The notes under the pieces: model-generated | What the model was told of the DNA's origin: nothing | Database searches by the model: none | What the model saw: only the letters and a program-made list of their open reading frames with translations | DNA from: Eledone cirrhosa | Lineage: Eukaryota | NCBI GenBank assembly: GCA_964016885.1 | Contig: OZ024741.1 | Location: 359,662,001 to 359,726,000 of the forward strand | Reading direction: 5' to 3' | DNA: 64,000 bases | Part shown: positions 25,610 through 37,872 of the stretch, in pieces | How positions within the stretch are numbered: the stretch's first letter is position 1 | Layout: each line of letters starts with the position of its first letter | Made by a program: the position numbers and the translations under genes

Positions 25610-28560
25610 AATTGATATTCTATAACAATTTAATTTTATAATTTTACAATTCTATAATTTTATAATTTTGCAATGTAGATCTAAGTCTTTAGCAGGTTTA
25701 TAATAATGAAATTATTGTGTACAGTGCTCAGGTGCACTACAACTCGTCAAAGGTATAGTACATAGAATAATATACAAATGTCAGGGAAGTGAATAGTGTA
25801 CGAGTCATGATATACATGTGTGCGTGTGTATAGAGGGGGAATATTAGGTGTAGTGTTGGTGAATCTCAGGAAGAATGGAGGTTTTAAAGGATGCAGTGTC
25901 TCAACAGCTAATAACTAATGCAGGGAGTTTGTTCCATGCTTCAGCAACTCTCAATGTGAAAAAGTTTTTCAGAAATTCATGGGAGCTGTGTTGTTTTTTG
26001 ACTTTGTCGGCATATCTAAGTGTGTTAGACACATGGAAATGAAAAAGGTACTCAGGTACTGGCAAGAGGGTTAATAATTTTGTGGGTGTTTACCAAGTCA
26101 GTTACCAGACGTCAGAGCTTCAATGTATCCATGCCCAGGGAAGCAAGGCGTTCAGAGTATGGTAGATGCCTGATGGAGGGTATTCGCTTGGATGCACATC
26201 TCTGAACAGTTTCCAGGCGGCCAATGTTCTGAGCAAGATAGGGGTTCCAGACTGGTGATGCAAATTCTAAATGTGGCCGCACCATAGCTATATACAGCTT
26301 TAAATAGATAGCTGCAGAGCGGCTGACAAAGGTCTTGCTGAGTGATGCTAACACACCCTCGGCCTTCTTGACAATTTTAGAGACGCGCTTCGTCCAACTC
26401 CAATCGCTACTGACCGTAATGCCCAGGTCACATTCACAAGAAGACTTCTTGATACTAGTGTTGTGGAGGGAGTATGTGGACGCTGGGTTTTTATTCCCAC
26501 TGCTAACTTGAGTTGCCAGTCAGTGATCCATTGTTGTATTGTGTCCAGGTCAGATTGCAGGCAAGATCTATAGTGTTCAGGATCTGTCCTTTTTATCTCA
26601 AGGTACAGCTTGATGACATCTGCATATTTCAGTACTGTGGCATTCTTTAAGTTGGCATCTATGTCATTAATATATGCCACAAACAAAAGAGGGCCAACAA
26701 CAGATCCCTGTGATACACTAGATGACATATGGTGAAGAATGCTGTCCTAGAACCGTGACTACCTCTATTCGACAGAGAATGAAGGACTTCAACCAGTTAA
26801 AAAGATCATCTTTCACACCCATTGCAGAGAGTTTTGCCATAAGTCTTTTGTGTGGCACAGAATTGAAAGCTTTAGCAAAGTCAAGGTAAACAACATCCAC
26901 CCATGAGCCACTATCAGTGATCCGGGTGATGTCTTCAAGAAACTCGATAAGTTGATCACAGCAGCTGGAGTTGGGGATAAATCTAAATTGCGAGGGCCGG
27001 ATAAGACAGAGAGTTCCAGAAGTTCCAAAGCGTTTCTCTGACACAGGATTCAATCAGTTTGGCAATGCAGCTAGTAAGACTGACTGGACGATAACTCACA
27101 AGTGATGTGCGGTTACCCTTTTTGAACAGAGGAATGACACTGGCAGTTTTCCACTGTTCTGGAGTAGCACCGTTGTTCAGACAGAATTGGAAGAAGTGTG
27201 ACAGCTGGTGCAGAAGAAAGTACTCACCATGTTTGAGAAGCAGGTACGTAACACCATCAAGACCAGGAGAGGCATGGTTGCGTTTATTTTTAAGGTGACG
27301 TCGCAGCATTGCAGATGTCAATTCCATAGTTGTAATGGAATCCGATGTCAGAGTTGATGGAGACGGTACACTCTGGTCTTCAATAGTGAAAATGTCTGCA
27401 TAGCATTCAGCAATGAGCTCTGTGCATTCCTTGGGGGTCGTCAGTAACCTGGCTTGTGTGGGGATTGCGAAGAGGACCAACTGGAGAGTGAGGCCTCTGC
27501 TTTGAGTGAACATACTTCCAGGGCTGGTTGCTATGCGCTGTTCAAATTGAAGCACTACCTTTTTTTGTCACCTGTTTGAGATAGTTGGATGATTTATTTC
27601 GCTTCTTCCTATTGATATCTGATTTATGCAGTTTGTACTTACGTTCAGCATTACGACGTTCTTTTCTGGCAAGACGGACTGCTGCAGTCTCCCAAATTGC
27701 ACTTTTGGGATGTTTTTTCTGCTTATGTGGCACCGATGCTGCACATGCTGTCCATATTGAGCTCAGGATGTTCTGGAGTACAGTGTTGACATCTCCAGAA
27801 TCGTAGAACTCCAGCCAGTTTGGACGTTGCAACTCGGTGCAGTAACAGTTCCAGTCTGCTTTATTCCAGTCAAAGTGAGCAGTTTGGAGATGGTTGTGGT
27901 TTTTGTTACTGCCCATGAGGGATAGGTTGGCAATGATCATAGCATGATCAGAGTCACCTAAAGGTTGCTCAGTAGTAACACTAATAACCGTTTCAGGAGT
28001 AGTGGTGAAGAGTAGGTCCAAAGTGTTGTCACCTCTTGTTGGGGAGGTGACTACTTGGGACCAGTTTGAGTCCAGCACTAGCTCAAGGAAGTCATTTGCA
28101 CTTGGCGGCCAACGAAAGATTTCCCAGTCAATATCAGGGTGACTGAAGTCCCCTGCAATAAAAACATAAGTGGCTGTTTTCCTGGCAGCAACTCTGAGTA
28201 TATCATAAAGTTGAGTGTCCTGATGGTAATTTGGAGGACAGTAAATGACTCCGAGTAGCAGTGTTGACATGGTCATACATATATCGCAGAAAAATACCTC
28301 TTGCTGCGATTGGTTCAAATCGACACAAGGAATTGCCGAAAAATTTGACCGAACATAAGACCATTACACCACCACCACGACGATTAATGTGGTCTTTATG
28401 AAACAAGTTGTAGCCAGTTATACTGAAAACCCCATCACAGTAAGGAATGTGCCCATGTTTCCGTGACTGTAATGAAGTCAGGGGTTGATACTTTTGACGT
28501 AGGAGTCAAAAAGATGTATCTTATTGCATAAACTACGTGCATTCAAGGACAACAATTTGT
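25610..28560 (-). mobile_element. CR1-type LINE ORF2 pseudogene (APE + RT) plus 3' tail
   Basis: LNARSL..ITVTETW, GVIYCPP, AGDFSHPDIDW, PTRGDNTLDL, GDSDH (APE); YRPVSLTS, VVYLDFAKAFNSVPH, QGSVVGPLLF, KYAD, VRPHLEFASPVWNP (RT). Several frameshifts. Confidence 0.9.
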
Positions 28561-28606
28561 ACCTTGATTCCAGTCTATGATTATGTGCAGGGGAAATGAT
28601 AATAAT

Positions 28607-28788
28607 AATATTGTTTCTACTTTAGGCACAAGGCCAGCAATTACCCAGTGCATTACTGGTACTTTTATTTTATCGACCCCGTAAGGATGAAAGGCAAAGT
28701 CAACCTCGGCGGGATTTGAACTCAGATTGTAAAGGGACGTAACTATGCTGGAAAGCATGGCGTCCGACCCTCCACCGATACTGCCAAA
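28607..28788 (-). mobile_element. SINE (family A)
   Basis: Reverse complement of the family-A consensus. Confidence 0.85.
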
Positions 28789-29212
28789 TATTTGTATTTG
28801 TATCAACAGAGGTCACCAATATAGCAGACATTTAATAGTCACAGGTTTAGCTGTTAAATATTATGCCATGTAATAATATCAACGACAATAATAATGATGT
28901 ATTTTGTTGTAACAGGAAAGGTATGGTTTGTTATATCAATAAATGTAAGTTTCAGGTTCTGTTGCTGCAGTGATAATAACTCTGGAAAGTATCTTTCTAT
29001 ATCACATTTAAAGACTTTACAACGTTTTTACATAATTTATTTACAAACCGATTACAAAGGTTGAGCTGGGTTGAACTGGCATGCCAAAACAAATGAATAA
29101 ACAAATTAAGAGTTTAGAAGGTACGGTCAACTGGCTGAAGTGCTGGCCAGGCCGCAGTTATCTTGTTGTCGTTACATATTGCCTAGAGATCAATGGAAAA
29201 AAGAAAAATGGT

Positions 29213-29365
29213 GTTTACCTTTCCACAGTTGAAGCAACAAGAGATAGAGTTTATTGAAAGTAGCGGGAAAATCTCCGTTTGGGTGGAAGTTGAAAATACA
29301 TATCCATGCGCGGCTCACGATTGGCTGACTTAGCCAAATCACGCACGAATAGCCTATCAATGCAC
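29213..29365 (-). promoter_or_regulatory. Possible promoter and non-coding first exon of a leftward-transcribed gene
   Basis: Locally CpG-rich unique sequence with an NF-Y-type box (AGCCAATCG on minus, ~29318-29326), further CCAAT-like words, and a donor-like AAG|gtaaac at 29219/29218. Confidence 0.3.
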
Positions 29366-30775
29366 CAAAGGAAAGTAGCTTGCTACAAGTCCTTTGTTAA
29401 TTTTGGTGGAAAGTTTTTTTAAAATCATATTTAACTTTCTGGAGAATTTTCTTATTGTCAAACTGATCTAAAGTTGTAATGTGTTGGTGTATATATAAAG
29501 AATTTGGGTGTGTCTGGAGAAGTGTTAATGAGCTGTAAAGTACATATCTTTTGATAAAAAAATAAAAACTAAGAGAAAATTCAAGATGATTGATTGAGAG
29601 TGGGGTTGAGAAGTGTTGGGGGTGAGGGAGCAGTTGTGATGGCCAGATTTACTACCTAGATGGTCTTTGGTGAAGAAATAAGATAAAAGTATAAAGTATA
29701 AAACAAAGTTAATGAGTGTTTAACCCTTTAGCATTTAAACCAGCCATATCTGGCCAGAATTCTCTCACCATTTTCTGTTCAAACCAGCCACTCATACTGA
29801 TGTTAAGGTATTATTCTCAAAATATAAAATATCAAAATCTCATAGATTTGATATTATAGGAGAGAATTATGTGAGGTAAAGCCTTTACTGTGAAAATACA
29901 ATAGTATATATAGAGTAATGTAAATGCTAAAGAGTTATTGAGTATTTAAATTTTTGTTGAGAGAGCAGTATGTTGTTGTTGGTTTGGAAGGTGTTGCAAA
30001 AATGCCCTCAAACAGGTCAGATTTCCATAAATGGCTTTTGGTGAAGGAATAAAATAAAATATAAAATATAGAATATAAAACAAAAATTTAAACACTCATT
30101 GACTTTGTTTTTATATTCTATATTACACAAGATGCTTTGTGTACCTATGGCAGTGTAATACTGTGCCACACTATCTTACTCATTGGTAACTGGAATAAAT
30201 TCCAAAAAAATAGTATACTCATAGATGTAGTAGTGTGAACAAATCAATTAGGGTTATCACCTATTCCTGAGAGGGTTGTGGAGGCAGAGTACTCAAACAC
30301 TCCTTCCAGCAGGTCCTGTCAGAAGCAACCGTTTCCAACTGATCCAGCTGAATCCCCAGGCGAGAACAAAAAAAGACGACTTCACCCCACCCCACCCACG
30401 GAAAACGAGGTAAGATTGGGCGGGTGACTGTGTTTCGCTCGTATAGGGCTATCTGGCAGGTTTTCTACGGTTTGATGCCCTTCCTAACACCAACCACATT
30501 TACAGTGTGGACTGGGAGCCTTTTACCGTGTCTCCTACACAACCACATGGACTGGGTGCTTTTTGTCATGACACCCACACGACCACTTTAGTATGTACTG
30601 GCTGTTCTGTGATGCCAACATAACTTTACAGAGAAAGGGTGGTGTGGGTGGTAGTGGGAGGATAGAGTAGCGGTAGTGGGGTGTATATTTGGTTAAGAGG
30701 TGCCTACTGACTGTAGGTTTAACTTCATACGTAAGGGAAGGCGGGTCTTCTGTATTACTGCGTAGTGCTTATATA

Positions 30776-32542
30776 TCATAATCTATAAAGCTCAGTGTAT
30801 GGTCACGTTTCTTTGTTATAGAATTTCTTCAATTGAAATTTACAGTTCAGTATTCGAAATAGCTTCAATTGGGTCATAGCACATATTTTTTTCAATTTCA
30901 CCCACAATTACGCAAAAAAAAAAAAAATCGATAAAACTCAATATTTTACGATTTAACTCTCTCATTTCAACTGATTACCTCTTTCCATTATCCTTCAAAA
31001 TCTATACAACTTCATACTTTCTGCTACTTTCTCTTTCCAAGCTGAAACAACACGTAAAATGAAACTAAATTATTCTTTTCATTTTACATTGTTCATGTTG
31101 ATGGTGATACTGTCCGTTTTACTCTCTCATATCTGCTTGCCTCTACCTACAACCCACACATTTTGCTACTTTCTCTTTTATACTAAATTTGGTTTATTCA
31201 CCGTTAGCAGCTACGCGCATCTTTTAAAAATGTGTGTTACAATGTTTTTCAATCGTTCCTTGGTCTAACTTTTAGTTGCTTCAAACTTACTGATTTATTT
31301 CCAAACGCATACAAACACACACTCACTTCAAATGATAAAAAACATTTAAAGCAATTAAACGTGCGTGATTTAGAACCACAAATACACACTTCATTAAAAA
31401 ATAAACTAATAATTTGCGACAATTCTTTTCTTTAAATCGTAAAATTAAACGACATAATTATTTTCATTTTCGGCTGTTAATTTTCATGGGGATACTAAAC
31501 AACTCCTGACCCAGAGGGCGTCATCAACTATCCAATAGAGGTACTCAATTCCTTTGAGCCCCTCGAACTACCACCACACATTCTCAAAGTTAAAGTTGGT
31601 GCCCCTATAATGCTCATTAGAAATTTGGTTCCCCTGAAACAATGCAATGGCACACGTTTGATCGTTAAGTCCTTATCTCCCAATCTGATTGAGGCCACGA
31701 TTATCACAGGGTGCGGTCGAGGCAACGTTGTTTCAACTCATACACTCTACAGACTAAACAACAAAAACATTAGCCACATTAACGTACAATTTCGTTTTAT
31801 TCTAGATGTGAGTCTTCAAACTGATTTATTTATTTGCAAACACATACAAACACACACTCACATCAAATGAATAATTAAACTTTAAATCAATTTAACCACG
31901 TGCCGGATTTCTAACCACACATACACACTTCATTAACAAATAAAAATTCTAATTTGCGACAATTATTTTCTTTTTCGGTTGTTAATCTTCATGGGGATAA
32001 TACTACCCTTCCATTTCACATCATGTGAGTTAACAAATAATTGTTTAAAACACTATTCGCAGACTTCCTTAAACAACAAGATCAATTGCGTAGCCGGTAA
32101 AGCTATGTAGCAGGTAAAAGGCTATGTAGTCAGTACGATGTTATATAGCATGAAAAGTTTATATAACCGGTAAATGTTATGTCGCCGTTAGCATGTGTGT
32201 GTGTATTACCATCAATACACACGTGTGTGTGCATGTTTCAATGTAGTTTTCGTTCACAATGACGAGAGTACAATCGCGCCAGAAACAATTCAATTTCTCA
32301 TTCTTAACTGCTAGGGACGTTCACAGGTTCATTAAGTACTTTCAGTAAGGAATAAAAAAATTAGGGATTGAACCAAAAACCACGACATAAACAGGCACCA
32401 ACAAACGTTTTCTTTGTCCTGTCAAAAAGTGATTGATCCTATCCCTTTCACCTACGACCTCAGTTAGGTCAGGCGAAAGTCAAATAGACAGGGGATCACC
32501 TATGTAGGTACAAACCCTGCTGCGGTATGTCTATTTTTCTAG

Positions 32543-32584
<42 letters not shown>

Positions 32585-32749
32585 ATATATTATATATATA
32601 TATATATTCGTATACAGATATTTTTGCATACACAGTAACAACATATAAACAAACGCATTTATTTGACGAGGCTCGATAAGGATAAATATATATCAAATAT
32701 ATAAGAACCCTAGAGCAAATCCCGAGCAACGCCGGGCCTTTCTGCTAGT
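30776..32749 (+). mobile_element. Non-autonomous Helitron carrying a Pif1-helicase fragment
   Basis: 5' A|TC start; 3' hairpin cccgagcaacgccggg plus CTAG|T (32746-49); internal helicase remnant. Confidence 0.8.
31526..31732 (+). pseudogene. Helitron RepHel Pif1-like helicase fragment
   Basis: NYPIEVLNSFEPLELPPHILKVKVGAPIMLIRNL..CNGTRLIVKSLSPNLIEATIITG. Confidence 0.85.
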
Positions 32750-33181
32750 ATATATATATATATCCATACACAGAGAGAGAAAGAATTAGTGTACTAATAA
32801 ACATGAATATAATTAAATAAATAAAAGTAAATATTAGTCTTTAATAATTGATAGAATAACCGAACTTGGTATTGAACGATGTAAAATATTTAAGCAAAAC
32901 CTATATGTAAGTGTAAAGTAGGTAAGGCCATAAAGATTGCAAAGGTAAATATTTATAATATAACTTTAACAAATGGCGCACCCAAGAAAAACGGATCCTA
33001 CCGTCCCAAAATCATGGGTGGATGTTGTTTACACAACCACTTTACAGTGTGTGATGGGTGATTTTTGTTGTGACATGTACACAACCATCTTACAGTGTGG
33101 GCCGAGCGCTTTTTTTGTTTACATGTCCTCTTTACAGTGTGGGCTGGGCAATTTTTGTTGTGACACCTACATGACCACTTT

Positions 33182-33232
<51 letters not shown>

Positions 33233-33291
33233 TAGCACAATAAGCTGTGGTCGGCAGATTGTATGGCAACAAAAGTATGTACAAGAGATTA

Positions 33292-33331
<40 letters not shown>

Positions 33332-36300
33332 GAGGCAGCGAATTGACAGAATTATTAGGACATTGAATTAAATAAGTTAGGAATGCCTAAATGGAGGTAC
33401 CGCTTGAGATCAGCCAGATCTGTCAAGCAGAGGCCATTGTAATAGTAGTAAAGGCAGAGTGAGACAAGAGCATGTCTGTCATAATGTAAAAATAATTTCT
33501 CAAATGCCTTAGTTTCATCCTTCTATATCTTGTTCAAATATTTTTCATCCCTTTTGAGTTGATAAAATAAGGAAAGGAACTTTAGATCATTAGATCAGAC
33601 AAAGAAACAATGTTTCCATTGTTGATACTATTTGCCTGTCACAATTCTGGCAGAAAGAGGTTGGATTTGAACCTAGAATGCAGAGCCAGAGCAGATACCT
33701 CAAAGCATTCTGTACCTCTTTAACAATTCCACCATTCTTGGACTGGTATTTTATTTGTCAACCTCAGCAGTATTTGAACTCCACGGAGAGAACTGGAACA
33801 AATACCACAATGTATTTTATCCAACATTCTAATGATTCTACCACTTCACCACCTACATATAACAAAAACACAAAACCACTGAAGAGGCCTTTAATAAGGA
33901 AAACAACATTTTATTTTCAAAAAATAATCTTCGTGACACTTCTAGTGACATATCTATCAATACACAAACTGTGTCCGGATCAGTATTAAGAACTGAACAT
34001 TTAAAAAAATGATTCCACCAAAGAAAAAAAAATTCTTTTCTTCCTTCTTTCTCTTTTTATAAGAAAGTTTAATGTAAGAAACCTTGTTTTTACATTACCG
34101 TAGGAAACAGTTGTTGCTTCATCATATTGCAATGATGTTCATTTCTCCAAATATGGAACAATCTGGGAACAGAGAGAACTGATATAGCTAGGAATTGGTC
34201 TGATTGAAATAAGAGTCACTTGATGGAGATGGGAGTGGAGTAGGGTGGGTTTGGAAGGAAATATTACAGTTCTAACAACAATAAGAGTTACATGGTGTGG
34301 TGGGGAAGGGCAGTTGGATTTAGAAAGGAATATTACAGCTCAAACAATAAGTAGCACAAAGAGGCATTTTACATGAAAGGCATTGTAAAATATTGACAGG
34401 ACATGAGCAAAAGCAGTTTCATGGAGAGAGGCTTTGCATCATTATAATGGCAAATATTGAAACATCTAGACTTAGCACACTGAGACTGATGTAAAATATA
34501 CAATTTCAACATTACAAGAAACCGTCCATCATTTTAATCTCAAGATTTATTATAGTTGCCACTAATCAAAGAATTCTCACTCACAGTTGGAAAGTGTTCC
34601 ACTGAAATTTTCAGAAGGAATATTTAAGCTTCATGTTTACCTTAAAAGGTGATAGAAAATCTTTTGTGGTAAAGTGAAAATTCAGATTTTTCCAGATGGA
34701 ACCAGTACAATTAATTTTGTTTTTAAAACAGATATATAACATTAAAACAATTGTATCAATTTAGTCCTGGGCAAATGTGAAAATATTTGGGATGAACACA
34801 AGACATCATTATGAAACACTAAACTGAATAAAAATGGTGCAGCTTATCTTCCAATCTTTAAAAAGACTAGTGAAAGGCTATTTTCTTTTTAAAAATGGAA
34901 TTTGAAAGACTATTTTTATTAGATATTAATGAAAAAAAAACAAATTACCTTTAGAATTTCACCTCTGGCTTTGCCAAAGAAAAATGGCAAAATCTGCTTA
35001 GGCCAAACTAACAAGGCAATCTATAAAAAGCAATATTGCATTTCCAATAGAGGAAAAATCCTAGAATAACTCCCTAAAGGAGACTCAAGTAAAAGTGGTT
35101 ATTTGATAAATATGTCGTTTTGAAAACTTTATATTTGAAAGAAATTTTGATGTACTGGCTGTCACATTAGTTAATCAAACATCTTTCTAGCAAGATTACA
35201 GTTTTGACAACCCCGTTAAGAATTTGATAAGAATAATTTCAGCAGAGGTGGATCAGTTGACTTGGAACACTATTGACAAATAATATAATTTCCAACATAC
35301 ATTTTACATCCACACCCATCCTAAGAAAATAAAAAACAAACTAATTTACATTTGTTTGGCTAAGAAAATTATATCAAAAGGTGAGCTTCTAAAGATTTCT
35401 AGTCGTACTGATGTTGAACCCATTTAGTTTGATTCCTACATTTCTGGTTGCTAAATCCTTAATAAATCTAGTCATCCATTCCAAGACCCACCATTTAACT
35501 CCTTTAATACCAAACTGCCCCAAGCTTCCCTTGGTCCTATGGTACAAAGCTGCATATTTTAAAGTGTTCATATTTATCAAAAAAACTTCAACCACAATTT
35601 TTATTCAAGAAACTTTATATTCCAAACACCTGATAAATATTGAGAAAATTACTTTATAACTAAATGCCTCACAGGCAGTGTCTTTCAGCTGTTGCCTTCC
35701 TGATATCTAAAACTTTATGAGCCACAGATGTCAATCCTGTTTGAATCATATTGAATTATTGAGCTAAGTCATATGAACTTTGGCTTATCTGTTGCTAATG
35801 TGAGATTAAATTTATTTTCATAAAAATGCCCTTTCTATATGTATCTAATAGCAACAGCCATATTCTAAACAGAAACATCTAGTATTCAGACATCAAAATT
35901 GAATGCAATCTCCTGATTATTGCAATTACAATTCTATCTGATAAGAGAAACCAAATATTTAAGAGAGCAAAGACCTCTCAAGTCTTGAAATACACAAAGT
36001 TCTTGGCAGTATGTAATTACAGGTTAACATTAACACCCACCATATAAGAAGACATTTTCTGGAGAGATATTAAACATTATTTCTTAATCAGAATAAAATA
36101 GTGTAGTTAGATGAAGTCTTATCCAGAGTGCTGATTTTTTTTCTCAAGTTATATTTATACTAGAAGATTTGAACTTTGGGTTAAATGTTTATCTTTCTTT
36201 TAAATAGTGTTCATATGTATGCAAATGTCAGAAATTTCTGGGCTACAGCTAGACCTCAGCTATTCCATTAGATTTCTTTTTGACAGCCAAATAGTTAATG

Positions 36301-37559
36301 GGAGTAAATGGGGCTTCACAACAGGAAAAAGAAAATGATATTAGGTTTGAGACTGAGGAACATCAAAGAGATTCTATACAACTGGTTGCTAACTCGTGTG
36401 CCTAAGATCTGAAGATACTGTCATGCTAAATTTATCAATGTTACATAACACTTACTACAACAACATTCCAAATTCAAAAAGTTATTCCATCTGATCTTTC
36501 AAATATAAAGTGTGAAAAATGACTGAACTACTTGGACTATTTTATAAAGAGATGGGTGGTGGGGAATTGCTATGTTATGGGGCCCTTAACTTCTGATGAA
36601 ATATAGAAGTCAAATCAACTTTATTGACTTTAAAATTGACCTCAGCCTGATTTGAACTGAGTGTAGAGAGCCAGTATAAATACCTTAAAGAATTTTATCT
36701 GCCATTCCAATGAATTTGCCAGTTGAATTCCAGGCAGGAGGGAGGGGGTTTAAAGAGACAAAAAAGAAAATGGAACCTTATTTGTTATTGTTGTTATTAG
36801 TTCAAATAGTTCCTCACTGACCATTGGAAATCATTCAAATTCCAATCCACAAATTTAGGTTGCAAAATAATTTCATTCAACTTTATCTCTGTAATATCAG
36901 TATAGACTGTTAAGATATGGGATAATCTATTCTAATATTATGGAATAGTCCATTCTTTTATTAAAGAAATAAGGTTCAAGAGTAGGAATGGTTTCCCAAA
37001 AGTTCCATAACAGTGCCAACTAAACAAAGAATTAAAACTTAAAGAGGCAGAACAATGTGACAAACAGCAGGACAGGTGCAAAACTGATTTTTTTTTTTAA
37101 ATATATATTTAGGACGGATAACATTTTCTCAGTCACTTAGCTTTGATCTTTACATTTTAGACAGGAGAACAGCCAATATTCTCGATGTTGTTGTTGCAAC
37201 AGAGGTTGCAAACATCTTTTACTGAACACCAGACTACATATACATAATAAACAGTAGGAGGGAGGGGTCGATATGTTAAGAATGATGACTTTCATTTCAT
37301 TTCAAAATATAATATTGAGAAAAGTTTCTATCAAAGCAGTTTAATGATGTCACATGAAGCTGTATGTAGAAAGACTTTTGTCATTTTAGGATATTTGTAT
37401 GTAAAATACAGTATGACAACTGTAGTAAGAAAAAGGTATAAAATAAACATTTGTAAATTAAGCAGTCAGGGGTTATTTTCTTTTTACTGTTCAGTTACAA
37501 AAGGCACAAAACCTATTTGGTCAGAAAACACAAGTATTTACAAAGTAGAGAGATGATGA

Positions 37560-37872
37560 TGTTGGAACTGTCATTTCCAATGACGAGTGTTCCAGTTGTT
37601 CAAACAGAATAGAACAGCCTGCTCGTGAAATTTGTGTGTAAAAGTAGCTGAAAACTCCACAGACATGTGTACCCTTTAATGTAATTCTCAAGGATAATCA
37701 ACATGACACAATGTGTGGCAAAGCTGGCCCTTTGAATTACAGGTACAACTCAGTTTTGCAAGCTGAGTGGACTGGAGCAACATGAAATCAAGGACACAAC
37801 ATGCTGCTAGGAATCGAACTCATGACCTTAGAATCATGAGCCAAACACTAACCACAAAGCCACGTGCCTTCA
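37560..37872 (-). mobile_element. CORE-type SINE
   Basis: Minus head gaaggcacgtggctttgtggttagtgt...gagttcgattcc; body homologous to the 1680 and 51170 copies. Confidence 0.7.
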
